In this document: positions 23,901-38,147 of the stretch, one piece after another
How the letters are laid out: every line of letters starts with the position of its first letter
Position numbering within the stretch: the stretch's first letter is position 1
Assembly (NCBI GenBank): GCA_050575255.1
Contig: JBNZDD010013732.1
Location: 22,137,235-22,201,234 of the forward strand
Direction: 5' to 3'
DNA from: Harriotta raleighana
Lineage: Eukaryota
Length of the DNA stretch: 64,000 nt
The notes under the pieces: model-generated
What the model saw: the letters and a program-made list of their open reading frames with translations, nothing else
Told to the model about the DNA's origin: nothing
The model's database searches: none
Translations under genes and position numbers: made by a program

Positions 23901-26734
23901 CTCTATCGTTGGACCTCCATTGAGAAACTTTGTGTATTTCAGTACAGTGGCATATCTTTGCTTGTGATAGCATCCTTCTGTGAAGACTGAAACCTTGGTT
24001 TGAAATCTCCAGAATCTATCTTTGGAAATGCATGAGCATTTTTGACCCCCTTAGTTTTCAGTAGTAGAGATAGGCAAGCGGTTGAGATCTATTAACTCTG
24101 GCAGTAATCACAAAAGGATGGCGAAAAGGTTTTCCATTAATATTCTCCAGAAATAAAAATTGCAGTTATTCCTGCATGACCTGTTCTCTGGTCAAAATTC
24201 TTCAATTTTGGGGGTTTAGATTTGCTTGTGAAAGCTCCAACACAAATCAGCACTGATTCAATTTCCCATTTGTTTTCGGCCATAGCCCCCTCCACAGATG
24301 CCAGGTGAGACAAAAGATTAGTGAGGCTGAGCTGCAGTGAATCAGTTGCTTGAGGTAAGGATTAGTACATTACCCAAATAATTTGCTAGTCCAGTATTTC
24401 ATTGGAGGTTTAAAGCATCATGGATAGGTTGGCAGACTTCAATTACAATATTTCTATAATTTGAGATGAAGTTTTAGTCTTATCATTGTATGGACTGTCA
24501 ATACTAAGCACTCAGGTTTACTGTAGCAATGAAGGAAATAGAGAAAATGTCCTATCAGTGTGTTTTGAGAATGTTCCCAATCCTAATCTTAGAAGAGCAC
24601 AGCCTACTATTGGTCAGCATTACTTATGATGACACTACTAATTCAACTGTCAAGATTTCTTGACTTAAAGATTTATTTTATTTGTTTTTTGTGCTCAACA
24701 AAGTAAGGGTTGTCAATCCTGGGTACTCAATTTTGTCATTGAACAAGCCCAAGTCATGACAACTTACACTTACAAATTGCACAAATAGCATATACAGAAT
24801 AAAGAACCTTTTATGCTGTTCCAACAATGTGCCTTAAACTGAACTTCAATAGAGAATTGTACCATATTTATGCATTTCCATTTCTCACACCAGTTATCCT
24901 AACGGCCTCTTAATGAGGCATTTTATAAGTTTGTGCTGAACTATGAGTTGTTCTTCTTGATGATCCCGCATTCACATAGAAATAATCCGAGATTGTCCAA
25001 ACTCATTTCCTTACAGCCTTAAAAATCCTTACAGCCATGAAGGAAGGAAAATTTCATCATGTTAGATTGAACTGGATTCAAAGTCAGGTTCTTGAGACGA
25101 AAGGACAGTGTGCTAGTCTACATTACCATCTGGCCTGCTGCACAGAGCAACCTTAATACCCCAGGAGGCATATGTGAAGGGCACTTAACACTGTATATGA
25201 TGGTCGTAAGATTTGTGTATTGGGTCGCATAACATCTATAAAAGCACATAAAATTGACCATTTGTGAAAGCTTGGAAAAATCAAATTCAGCAGTTGCCAA
25301 TTAGATTTCTCTTTGTCTAATGTAGGTTCCTATCATATAAGAGTTGGTTGACTGCCGTAGCCCACGTCATCTTACCTCAGATCAAGTGGGTAGTTTGTAC
25401 AGGTATATAAGGTACAAACTACCAACTTGGCTCAGAACCATGTGAGGCTTACCACCATGATCATAGAGTGGCATGAATTAGGGAAATTAACTGATGTAAT
25501 TGGTTTTTAGTCCCCCAAATGATAAAAGAAATAAAAGGTATTTTGGTTGAGGAACACTTCAAAGAGATCACAAAACAGAATAGACAGTGGGAGGTGGGAG
25601 GTTGGTTTAGGTCATTGAGAGCACTGGGGAACCTGCTTCTCAGAGTGTTCTCTTTATTGACACAGTTGCATATGGTACCATATGTAGCATGTTTCCTAAA
25701 ATTCAGGAGCAGTGATCTTTAGATCCAACAAAACATTGATATTCTGACTCGACTCCAAAGGCAGAACCACACATTGATTGTTGTCTCACATGAGCTCCAT
25801 GAGACAACTGCAACTTAACCTCGAAGCACAATGGTGAAATTCATCTTAAAAAGAGGTCTGTTACTGCTGGGAATTTTCATTCAGTAAAAGAAGCCTGTTA
25901 GCAGTGTGGTTGCTGCTAATCCTTTATTCTCCAGAAAAATTACTCACCATGGAGAGGAATCCAATTCACTTAATATATTGTAACTGACTACATGTGTCAA
26001 ATACAGCACTTTGACTGAAATTCATAATGAAAGGACAGACTTGTATGATTTCACCATAAGCAAATTCAGGAGGGTATATATGATCAGGGCATTATTGAGA
26101 GAGACACATAGCATACATAGGCCAACACTTTTAGGGAAAGGAATATAATCATACTCTATTGTTAAATCTTAAATGGTGAGGTGGTCTCATCAATTTTCAA
26201 AAGTTGAATGTTTTGAAGTTTAAGACAAGCAATTGCTTCTAGCTGTTTTATTTGAGAATGCAGAGCCTCTGTCTGCAGTTACTTAAATGGCTTGATATTG
26301 CTTTGTACAGAATTGGTCTCTTTGTTTTTCTGAACCCCAATTACAGGGATGAGAGAACACATTGATGCTCATTCCTCGTCCCAAAGTGATTGTAGATTTA
26401 AGCTGCATCCTATCACTTTACCAATCTCAGAGAAAGGAAAATTCTCAGCACTTTGTTCCAATTCGCATTTCTTTTTTAGGTTACAAGAAATCTCATTTCA
26501 GGTCATCCACATTTAAGAATTGAAAAATTTATTTTCTGTTGTTAAATGTCTGGTTAAAATTATTACCATTCCCTTGCATCCAATATCTCTTTACAAAAGA
26601 GGAAAATCCAATTATTTGCTGCCTGTAAAGCTGTTTACACAACCCATTGGTTGCTTACCCTATTAACCCAGCAGTATCCTTACCTTTGAGATTTGATTTG
26701 TAATAGCTCATGTTCCACCCATTGAAATAGATAG

Positions 26735-27050
26735 CTTTTGATATAGTGCTTTATCACATCTTCGGACATCTCAAAGGACTTCACAGGAATTTTATTGTAA
26801 TTTTTAAGAAATGCAGCAGCCGATTTGCTCCCAGAAGTATGTTTTCAAATCATGTCATATAATCTTTAAATCCACCTGAATAGATAGACAGTGCCTTGGT
26901 TTAACTTTTCTTCTGAAAGACAGCACCTATAACAATGCAGCATTGTGTTGGAATAGTGACCTAGATATGAACTCAGAATCCCAACATGGGATCTGATTAA
27001 TCAACTTCCTGATTTAGAGGTGAGAGTTCTACCATCTGAGCCTGGCTGTC
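26735..27050 (-). mobile_element. DeuSINE-like SINE
   Basis: tttgatatagtgctttatcacatc tail, ccttggtttaac...tctgaaagacagcacc core and a tRNA-like head near 27000-27045. Confidence 0.6.
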
Positions 27051-28773
27051 AAAAGAATTCAGTTTTACACAAAATATATTTGTTTGTGTGGGGGAGTGGC
27101 AGAGGCTGACGAGCTGACTACTTTTATTCCTACAATGTTGTATGTTGTTCATTGAATCTTTTAGGTGAATGTTGGACTGTATCAAGTAAAGAAGATTGTC
27201 AGATTCTCAATTTCATTATGAAATGTATTCTTTACAAAGTCTGCAGTTTAGATTAGTTTTAATTTATGATGGTCTTTTCTATCAATATTTTTCTATTACA
27301 TTTCAAACTTTTTAAGTACCCAAACTTGATGATCCATTATCAATGATTGGTTGCATATTTTCATTAAGGTGAAAATAATATTAAATTATATAGTACGCAG
27401 GGGATTATTTTGTATTTGAAAATCCCATCCTGTTACACAATAGCAGCTGGTGACCTTTTTGACAGGAGAGGCAATCTGAGTTTGCCTAACCAAGCTATCT
27501 TGTAAAGGGCAAGGAGCCTATTTTACTCACGTAATGTATTGGCCTGTCTCCTGCTGGCCTTGCTTCAACTACTGCTTTGCTCCCATGCCAGTCCTGTCTT
27601 GTCTCGCTGCTGCACTCCCAAAATTCTAGGTGAAGCAGTGCCTCACTTTATGATCCAGCTCTGCTGATACATAATGCTGTGCAGATTGTAATATTTGTTA
27701 ATATTCTACTTTTGATTATTATAGAAATTTATCAATGGGAAATATTTGATGAACCATGGTTCATAAGAGATGGGCAGATTCTTGTTAGAATTTATCTAAT
27801 TCTGAATTATGGAAATTCACATTAGATGTGATTCAAATCAGGAAATTGCAAGCATCAATAAACTGCCCAGTCAACAATATCTAACCTACTGACAACATTT
27901 TCAGCACGTTATGTTTGAAGAGTTTTAATTAGTGTGATATTTACATAGAAATCTTCAGTTATGGTTGATATTGACATTGTTGTTGGAAATAATGTGTCCT
28001 TAGCTTTTACCACATATGCCCAATCAGACTGACTGATTGATTTAAAGATTACTTGTAAATCCGTACATTTGCACTGATATCTGATTTTTTTTTAAAAAGA
28101 GAGGTAGATAACATAAAACAAAAGGGTGGGGTTCAAAATTTCATTTCAGTGAAATTCATTTTACAGAAAATACAGTTCTTCCGGCCAAAAGAGAATGATT
28201 GTTATTTTGTTATCTTTGTTTACTTCAGAATAGCTCTGTCATCTAATAATAAAGTATAGGTGAAGGTACCCAAGATCATACAACTCAATTTAATTTTCCC
28301 TTTTGCAGACATAAAGACACATTTAATGCGTTTTTGTAAAATTTGGATTATAGTATTTCATACTTTAGTTCATTGAGAATGCTTTTTAAGATCAACAATT
28401 GATACCACTGATAGAAAATAACAGTTAAGCAGCTTTTCCAATTACCCAATTTTCTCTGTACTGGTTTCAAAGCAATTTCTCTTGTATAAAATTGAAGTGC
28501 AAAAAAAAATCAACCTAATTTTAAATTAACCATTAAAATATACAAGCCTTTCAACAAGTAAAAGTGAATGTGTTGATTGTCTGTATGAATGTGGGCATTT
28601 TGTTGAAGTGGCTGCATTTGAACCTCCTGGTAATAACTGCCTCCTTGAAAACTATGAACTTGAAAAAAAAACAGCTTGTGTCAAATTCAAATGAGATTTT
28701 GAGACTGCAAATTTATTCTGGGTTCTTTTGCTTTTGATTCATTTTCTCTCTCTCTCGCTGATTTATTCAACAG

Positions 28774-28889
28774 AAAACTGGAGTTACAAATACTGTTGAC
28801 CCACTTGCTCGGTATCCATCTGTGATTGAATTTGGAAAGTATGAAATCCACACTTGGTATTCTTCACCATATCCACAAGAATATGCAAG
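28774..28889 (+). CDS. KAT6B: KAT6B coding exon (exon 10 eq.), start of MYST domain
   Basis: caacag|AAA ACT...GCA AG|gtatca; [38 protein letters not shown](R); 116 nt. Confidence 0.97.
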
Positions 28890-29937
28890 GTATCATTTCA
28901 TAAATTGTGTGTTTTTTTCATTCTTATATAGCGTTTCTGTTTTTTGTCTTGAATGTAATTAGTTGCATTGAGCACTAACTTGCACTTGATTAAACAAATT
29001 GGTGTAAATGCCTTTCTAATATATTACTGTATACAGATTTTTTTCTAAAAAAGCTTGATGCTGTAATAGGAGGGCAGTAGGGTGAGTGTTCGTGAATGAT
29101 AAGATGAAATTGGTCAAATTACCTTTTTCATCCAAACCTCTCTTGATCGTGTCATTGACCACTTCAAGTCATACGAGTCTTTAACCGATTTTATGTAATT
29201 CAATTGACTTTCCTCTTTGTGCCTCTTTAATTTGATTCCAACATGAATTAAAGTGCTGTATTTCTTCTGTTTGAAGGCTTCCTTGATCCTAACTGATCGG
29301 TCTCATACCAACAGCATTATGCGGTCTAATTTGTATATTTCTTGATAAATGTGTAATTATCAAATCTTAAAAAAGATTCCATATGATGAAGAATTAATTA
29401 TTGAATTTCTTGTTCTTTTTTTAAAAACAACCTCAACTATAGCTCACTTTTTCTGTTTAAAACTACATGTTTTACTTCCTAATACATTTTTTGGAAGGCA
29501 AGTTCCCACAATCAGAATTCTTCAGAGCACAGCAAAGTAGTATCAAATATGGGTAGCTATTAAATGTACAATCACTACACTTTACAGTAAATTTTATGTG
29601 AAGCCCAACATCAAAGGAATGATATCAACTGCAATGATTTATTAATCTTATTATTTTGTGTGTCTCGTAAAAATATTCCGAACACAGATATGCTCCTTGC
29701 ATCATCCTCCATAGCGATTGGAGGAAATACATTGTTATTGTGTTTTGGTGGTCAAAAGAAGTTGCTATTCTATTCAATGTATTATTTATAGCGTGTGAGT
29801 TGTATGCCACGTTGAAACCATGCTGGGTTTTGAATAGTCTAAAACTTGCAGCTTAGCTTGAGGATTGATGTATGGAAAACCTCTAAGAAATAGAGCTACC
29901 GAGATGATTATGTTTTCTCTTATTGCTCATCCACTGA

Positions 29938-30252
<315 letters not shown>

Positions 30253-31207
30253 TAGTATGGAATTTATGTGTTCTAAATAGTTGCACGGCTACATTTGAGA
30301 GACTGTTGCTTCTCTATAGTTAATGTTTGTACAAATATTATTTTTGTAACTTGAGATAATTATTAATTAACATCAATTCTGCGACAAATTCACTTTGTAC
30401 CTTTTGGGAAAGCAGATCATTTTCTTTCTACTCACGGAGAACTTCTGTAGAAACAAATTTTGCTAAAGCTTCCAATTATATAAATCATAACAAGTTTAAG
30501 TAGATTTAATGACAGCAAATTGGATAATCCTTGATTTGCGGAAATGTTTTTGTCTGTTAATGCAATAGTAGGTACTCAATTTAAACAGTTGTCATGCCAT
30601 CTTCAGTGAGGCTTGCAGATTGATGTGTGGCTTCTTTTTAAAGGTTGTCATTGAGGCTTTGTATTATAAATCATTTTCCATGAAATTGAATCACTCTAGT
30701 TTCCCTTCAGGTGATTGTATTTGTATCCAAGATATTTTTCTTTAAAATTTGGATGTTTTGTGGTCCAATTTTAATATCACATCCAGTCATTTTCTGCTAG
30801 TTCTCATTTTGTTGCTGGGCCCAGGGATGCCACAATTCCTCCAGTACACAAATGGCTATACTTCATTTGTGAGCTGGCAGTTGGGGGGGTTGGGGGGTGG
30901 AATGATCAGTGCTTTCTACATGAATAGCTCTTAAAAGTCATCACTGCCATGTTGTTACACAACAACTACAGAAGCACACTGTTCAAGGTGACCCATGATT
31001 GTTGTGGTTTTTCTGGATGATTTTTCCACTCTCTCCAGCCTAATGTCTAAATCCAATGATATTGCTCCAGGTCAAATCAACTAACCAAATACAAATATAG
31101 AAATCAAACCCAATATTTATTAGGTTTAATTCTACACCAATTGAACCCTTTATTTACTGTGCCATCTATGAACTACAGCAAATATTCAGAAAAATTATAC
31201 ATTGTGA

Positions 31208-31423
<216 letters not shown>

Positions 31424-33224
31424 TAAATGTTATTGCAAGATATTTTAGGGTAGTAATGTGACATGAACACTGGATGAGACACACGATTATCTTGTTTTAT
31501 TTAAGATAGGATATTTGATCTACTTAATTTATAATTTTGTGCTTTGAGCTTCTATTATGCATGAACAGAAAGTGTCATGCAACTGCTGTATATTGATGTG
31601 TACTTTCGTAGCAGAACATTATTTTGTCACTTAAGGGTTATCATGTATCCATGCTTAGTATTTTACAGTAAGATTAGAAATGTTCAACATGTTGAATATG
31701 TACTGAACCAATTTACATGTATCATTACTTTTCACAATGAATGGAAGTAGTTTAATTCAGAGCAATTTTTTTTTTAGCTCTATTCACTTGAAAACTATAG
31801 CACTAAATGTTCTGTTAGGAAGTGGTTTATCTATTTGATTTTTTTTCAGCTGCTTCTTTTTGCTTAAATATGCAATGTGATTAGATTTCTTTCCATTTTA
31901 CTTGTTAAAAATCATCCATTTGGTACAGCAAGACCACTTTTTATATTCTGCAGTGTAGGACTTAAAAGTATGCCATTTGACCCATTTTATATCTGATTAT
32001 GAGTAGTCATAGAGGAAGATGGATGATTTTTATGCTTCTTAGCCAATTCATAATGGATGGATGAATTCACTCAGCCACAGAACCATCCATTTATTTATGT
32101 CAGAGAAACTGCTTTGAGTCAGAAGTACAGCTTTCAGAATCAAATGGCAGTATTGTGAGCGTGCATTTATATTCAGGTTTTAGCAAACAAGAGTCCCTTT
32201 TTGCTCTTTATTTCACCTAGTAGTGAAATGATCCTGATGCAATCTTTATTTCATAACTACATCCAATTTGTTCAAAAATGTTTCAGCTTGAAACTGCAAG
32301 CACATATTCTTACCTGAACCTTTCAATTGTAGGTACACAGTAGCCCAGTTGTAAAAAGTATTCCGATTATCTATCTGAAATGTCACTTATGAATACATTG
32401 CTATATGAATAGACACAAGAGTTCATTCTTTAAGACATAATTTTATGTAGCATTTAGATAATAAAGAATACAATTGATCTTGGTAAACCTGACTATAATA
32501 TCTTTGGCGTATCTAGGTAATGTACACTCTCTCACTGCATTCAGATTTTACTTTTTTTTTGTGGAGATAGCAATTCAACCCTTCTTAAGCACACAAAGCA
32601 CCATCCATTTATTTGTGTCAGACCATCAGCTACAGCAACTTCTGTATATAACCTGTTGACTTTCCAGTCATCTGTAGTTGTGATAATGATATTTTTGTGT
32701 TTTTTAAATCACTATTATATAAAAAAGCCATTCTGAGTAATCTCTTCTTTATCCTCTGAAGTGTAATTGTTGCTTGCTCACAATGTTAGAGTGTACTTAG
32801 TATCAGAAGATGATTAAAACATTTGCCCTAGATAGTGCTGGAAGAGAATGTGCTGCACTCACTCACAAATTGATAGGTATAGGATCAGCAGCTGCATAAC
32901 ATTATTTGTACCAGTTTATGTAAAACACCATTATTTACATGGTTTGTGAGAGTGTTGTTTTTTTAAACTGGTTTTGATTAACATTGTCAGTATTTACACC
33001 ATTATATCACTTTTGTTACATTTTACATTTACATGTTGCATATTCAGTTGAATATCAAATCTAGAAGAAGAAACAAATTAACTCTACTTACTGGCTTCCC
33101 TGCTGCAAACTGACAGTGTTGCCTAAGTGAGGTTCATTTCATTTCACCATTGGTTTATTTAAATGTGACTTGTGCAGGATTGATACATGATAAACATTAA
33201 CCCTTTGTTTTTGTACAGACATTT

Positions 33225-33736
33225 AACTGTTTGTGGGATACTGCTGTACGCAATTGGCTGTCCTATTTTGCCCACGAAAACACACAGTTAATTCACCTTA
33301 CAGTATATTCTGTGAAGCGCTTTGAGACGTCTAGAACAGTGGTTCTCGACCCTTTTCAGTGATATACCCCTTGTTAATTTTCAACATTATCGTGTACCCC
33401 CACCCAACTACATACACACACACCATCCCCCTCATTCTACTTGCATTTTATGACCAAGCTTTTCTTATGTAACAAAATATCTAGCACATTACAAAACGAG
33501 GGGAATAACAATTAAATATACAACTTGGAAGACTATAAAACGCTAAATAAAAGAGCAAAATAAATCAATATACCTCTACCTGTACTCCCCGGAAGTAATT
33601 TTGTACCCTCTGGGGTACATGTAACCCCTGGGGTACATGTTACCCCCTGGTTGAGAACCGCTGGTTGAGAAACGCTGGTCTAGAAGACATGAAGAGCGCT
33701 ATATCAAATGCAAGGATTATTATCATTATTATTATT
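33225..33736 (+). mobile_element. DeuSINE-like SINE 3' part, split by a hAT MITE
   Basis: ctgtttgtgggatactgctgtacgcaattggctg...aagcgctttgagacgtctagaa [insert] gacatgaagagcgctatatcaaatgcaaggattattatc. Confidence 0.8.
33337..33677. mobile_element. Non-autonomous hAT (Charlie-like) MITE
   Basis: TIRs CAGTGGTTCTCGACC ... GGTTGAGAAACGCTG; perfect 8-bp TSD GTCTAGAA at 33329-33336 and 33678-33685 (NTCTAGAN target typical of Charlie). Confidence 0.92.
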
Positions 33737-35989
33737 TGGAGCAGGGATACTTCTCACTCATCTATTAATCCTGCAAACCAAAGCCCCAATGGGTACTGTT
33801 GTCTTGTAGCAAGATAAACTGAGGAAAGCTTGTCAGACAATATTCTCAATGGCAAGTTATGCAGTTTTAACTGGTTGAACTCCAGCAGTAGCCCAGAGCA
33901 CATTCTCAGGTACCCAAGCATTGTCTCTTGTTAATCTGCACCTAAGACTCTCCCAAATTAGGTAAACAGGGTTTATCTCTCTAGAAAGAGTGTGCACATT
34001 CCTTTCCAGACATGAACGTCATTTCCATGTGTAGGAGCAGACATATGTGGATCCCACAGTCTGGTTTGGATAATCTTAAACATGGTGTTGGGCTTCTCTA
34101 GGTGTCAAATCTCCAGGGGACCAAGAAAAATTGTTGGTTGGAACCAGCATAGATATATTTACCATATGATCCAACTGTGAAAGCCTTTATCAGCCAGAAG
34201 AAATGCCCCTTCTATTGGCATTCCCATTCAGTCATCCTCATTGGGTTACCCCCACACCCAACCCTGGAATGTTGATATCTGTTATAATTGCACTATACAC
34301 AATTGAGACCTAGTAAAAAAAATATTTGCTTTTGGCCAGTGCTTTTGAATAATTTTGTATAAGTTCATTTCATGAGTTATACTTGTAACATTCTATGTAA
34401 TGATGCCAAGTCATGAACCAACCACAGTGTGCGCTTTCTAGCAATCAGTGATCATCACTAATGCTTTCCAATATACAATATCTCCTAAATAAGATGAAAT
34501 ATCAAAAGGCTTTAGTAGCTGAGAAAATTATTTAGATTTCCTTAATAATTGAGCATTACTAGCTCTAGTATTCTTTATTCCATGAAATTTGGCAGTCAAA
34601 ATCCTTTTTCAGCTGTACAAAATTGCATCAGTCTCACATGAGTTAAAACTTCAAATGCCATAAGGAAGAAACAAATATTTTATAAAATTAGATTATCATT
34701 TTTACAGCACACAATTTATTAAATCAAGTTGAATCAATATCCTCTCGTGGCACTTCCATCAGTTTGGCCAGAGATCTGAAAATCCACATAATTTTTGCAT
34801 AAATTGTAAAAAAAAATCTTAAATTTGGTCTTAATCTGGAAGATAGCCCTATCTGAACGGTCCAAATGAAGATTGAGTTTACGACTTTTTGATAATCTGT
34901 GCTATCTTAAATGTTAAGACATGAATGCCAAATATTAAATGTGTACTATGAGACAATGCTTCTGTGTTTCTACACTTTTTTAAAAAAAATTCAGTACATG
35001 TCTATTTTTTCATCAAATGCAGACTAATTAAAGTGATGAATGTAGACTTTACTCTGAAGTATTCCTTTCCAAATCATTGTTGATCATTACAAAGTAAAAA
35101 GCATTGGGCACTTTGCTGGTTGCCTTGCTTAATCGCCTGTTGTCATGGCCCTTCAAATCTATTTATTTTTAAATAAAAAGATTTTGCTAAGTTAGGTCAC
35201 ATTGCCACTGCGGTTAGCCACTGCGGTGGCTTGCCTGGAGGAGTGTTAGACGGACAAAGATCCTTAGAGACATTCTCGTTGATAGTTGGGTTTTAAATTT
35301 GATGAATGAAAAACACTACATCTAAAGGTAAGTAAGTCCTTTCACTGATTGATATAAGTGGAATGGAAAGTCAGATGATTTTACATGATATTTATTGCTG
35401 AGAGCGGCCAGATAAATTAAAGTTCAATTAATGCAACAACCCACTCCTAATTGCCCCGCTGTGCATTGAGCATTTCCATTGTGCTGAGTTATACTACTTA
35501 TTACATTTGTATTTTGGAATTGTTTTTTCAGGGATAATATAATATTTACAGGGGTGAATCCTTTTTGTTTACAGTCTTAAATGAATCCAGTTGATAGCTG
35601 GATGTTATAATTTCATATTCTGTTTGGTATAAAAGCTAACCCCATTGCGCATATTTAAATGTGTTAAAGTACATGCAAATCTTTCACCCGAGGCTGAAGT
35701 GCACACTACTCATTTCGCAGGAAACAGTGTTTCCGTTGTTATATTGAAAAATTACACCCCCAAAATATGGTCTGGATAAAGCCTTGCACAATAACAATTT
35801 GTCAAAAAGTCGAGATGGCAAGTTGGGTTTTATTGAGAACGATAGCAAAGATTTGTCATATATCATTGTTATTAACCATTGGAGTTTGCCTAGATTAGTG
35901 TGACATTTTACAAGGACAGTGGTAGGTGATGTATGCTGTCTGCATCAGCAGCGCACTGACAAACTAGGTCTTGTTTCTCCTTCCCTCAG

Positions 35990-36083
35990 GAAAAGCTTTG
36001 CCAGCAGAAGTACAATGTCTCCTGCATAATGATTATGCCCCAGTACCAAAGGCAAGGCTTTGGAAGGTTGCTGATTGATTTCA
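35990..36083 (+). CDS. KAT6B: KAT6B coding exon (exon 13 eq.), acetyl-CoA binding motif
   Basis: branch-like cactgac plus ttccctcag|GAA AAG...TTC A|gtaagt; [31 protein letters not shown] (QRxGxG motif); 94 nt. Confidence 0.98.
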
Positions 36084-36689
36084 GTAAGTATTTTGCTTTG
36101 TTTGAAACCATGTTCTTTGTAGATGGGGAAGGGGAGCAAGTGGTTGGGGCATTAGTTCATATCACCAGTAAAACAAATGTGTACTTTATTCTTAATATGT
36201 CTGCTTTGATTTGTACATCATCACAGGGAAGATAAAATTTAGAGTGAGTACATTTTCTTCTAAGTATTTTCTTGTTGTAGAGGAGAAAAAAAAATCACTA
36301 GAAAATAATTTATTGCTTCTAATGTAGATTCCAACCTATAATGTAATGGGTAGGAATCATGTCCTGCTGTACTAGGCAGTTTGAGTAACTTCTGTGACTT
36401 CGGGGAGGGGGAGAGACATCCATGTTTCGGAGTTTAACATGAACTGCCTGAATTGGGAAGCAGGAGGTGTGTCTGAGGTACTGTATTATAACAAGAATTT
36501 ATCAACCTTAATGATGACAAATGTAATGGTGATTTTTGATTTTCTGTGTCTTGGGAGCGATCTGCATAGAGGTTGGAAGGTTGGAGGAGTTGGCGGGAGG
36601 CGCAGAACAGATTGAAGGCCTTAACGACCCAATCCGTTGGGAGGNGGAGTTGGTGGGAGGCGCAGAACAGATTGAAGGCCTTAACGACC

Positions 36690-37600
36690 CAATCCGTTGG
36701 GAGGAGGTGGACTCTGCACTGTGGTTGCTTGCTAATGGCAAGGCAGCAGGTGTGAACAGCATTATTGCTGAGTTCCCAAAAGCTGTGAGGGGACGGATTG
36801 ATGACAGTGAGGATCCTAAAGATCCAAGCCAGGGACCTCCAACTCGCCTTGGAGGTACCTTCCTAGCACTGGTCATCAGAACTCCCTCTGAAACATCCAC
36901 TCCCATCAATGTTCCAGAGTGCAAATGTGGTTTCTATCCACAAGAAGTGTGACCCTAGTGAGGCGAGAACAGAAGAGGGATCTCACTGATTTCTTAAAAG
37001 TATCGTCACTGCACATTTATTACACTCATTGTAGGCTCATAGCTTGATATGGAGGGAGCTGGATGGCTTCTGTTTCCCGAGAAATGTGTGAGTCAGGTCA
37101 AATCTTTGTATCTCAAAACATGGAAATCCACCTGTGTTAAGTTCATTAACTTCCACAAAGCTTTCAACCTGGTACCTCATGAAGCTCTCATGAAACTGGA
37201 AGCCCTGGCAGAACATGACCAAATCTTTTTATTCTGAATGTATATTCCAAAATCCATGTAAGGGTCGAGAGTGGACTCACTGAGCTGATCCCTTTTGAAT
37301 TGGGGATGAGTGGCATAGAACAGGACAGACTTGGTATCTGTTCCAAGCCTCTCTGACAGAAATACAGTGCTTCTGTTTGCGGACGTTGCTGTGTTACTGG
37401 CATATTCACCTGGGGACATTCCGAACTACACAGCCACCTTGAACTCTGAGCCAAAAGGTGGGAAACTGTGTTGGGTGCCCTCAGTGCAGAATCCTGGTTC
37501 TGCTCGACTCAAGGGAAGACATCAAGGGTATTGATTAGAAGATACAATTGTCCCAATTGTTAAATCTTTTCGGTACCTTTTGCCTGGGGTTGCCCTGAAG
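36690..37600 (+). mobile_element. Highly decayed LINE reverse transcriptase remnant
   Basis: Peptide remnants CVKFINFHKAFNLVPHEALMKL (FxDFxKAFDxV motif) and VLLFADVAVLLA (YADD-like). Confidence 0.6.
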
Positions 37601-38147
37601 GACCGCGCTGAAAAGGGGTAAAGAACACTCAGGTGGCGATCATCTCTCTTCAAGGACAGTAAGGTCCCAATGCAGAGCAAGTTACAACAACGACAACTTG
37701 CACCCATCACACAGGGTAGCATTCCAGGAGCACTTAAGGCTATGTGGTTTCAGCTAGTTAGACTCCAGCAGGACCCCAGTGAACACTCTGGGGTCCCCAA
37801 GCATTGGATCTTGCCAACCTGCACCTAATACAATACTAGTTAAGCAGAATGTGTCCCTCCAGGGAGAGAATGTGAATTCCATTCCAATAAATCATCTCTG
37901 GAATTTCCATGTGTGGGTAGTTTGGATACTCTTAAAGCATGGTGTTGAGTTTCTGCAGGTGTCAGACACTTAACTGACCAAAAAAAGTATCTTGAGAGAA
38001 TCTCGTGCATTCTTTTTCCATTAAATGATAGAATTTCTTATATTTTGTAGTTGTAATAGTTTAAGGAATCTGAAAATACATCAAGCTCACTCACGGAATC
38101 TGTGCTCCGGCACAATGTACTTTCAGAGCATAGCTCTTGAAAATCAA

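Noticed and set aside
36586-36704. 59-bp tandem duplication producing repeated peptides in ORFs 36508-36924 and 36536-36952
   Set aside because: N at 36645 between copies differing by one base; assembly artefact inside a LINE remnant, so the ORFs are not genes.
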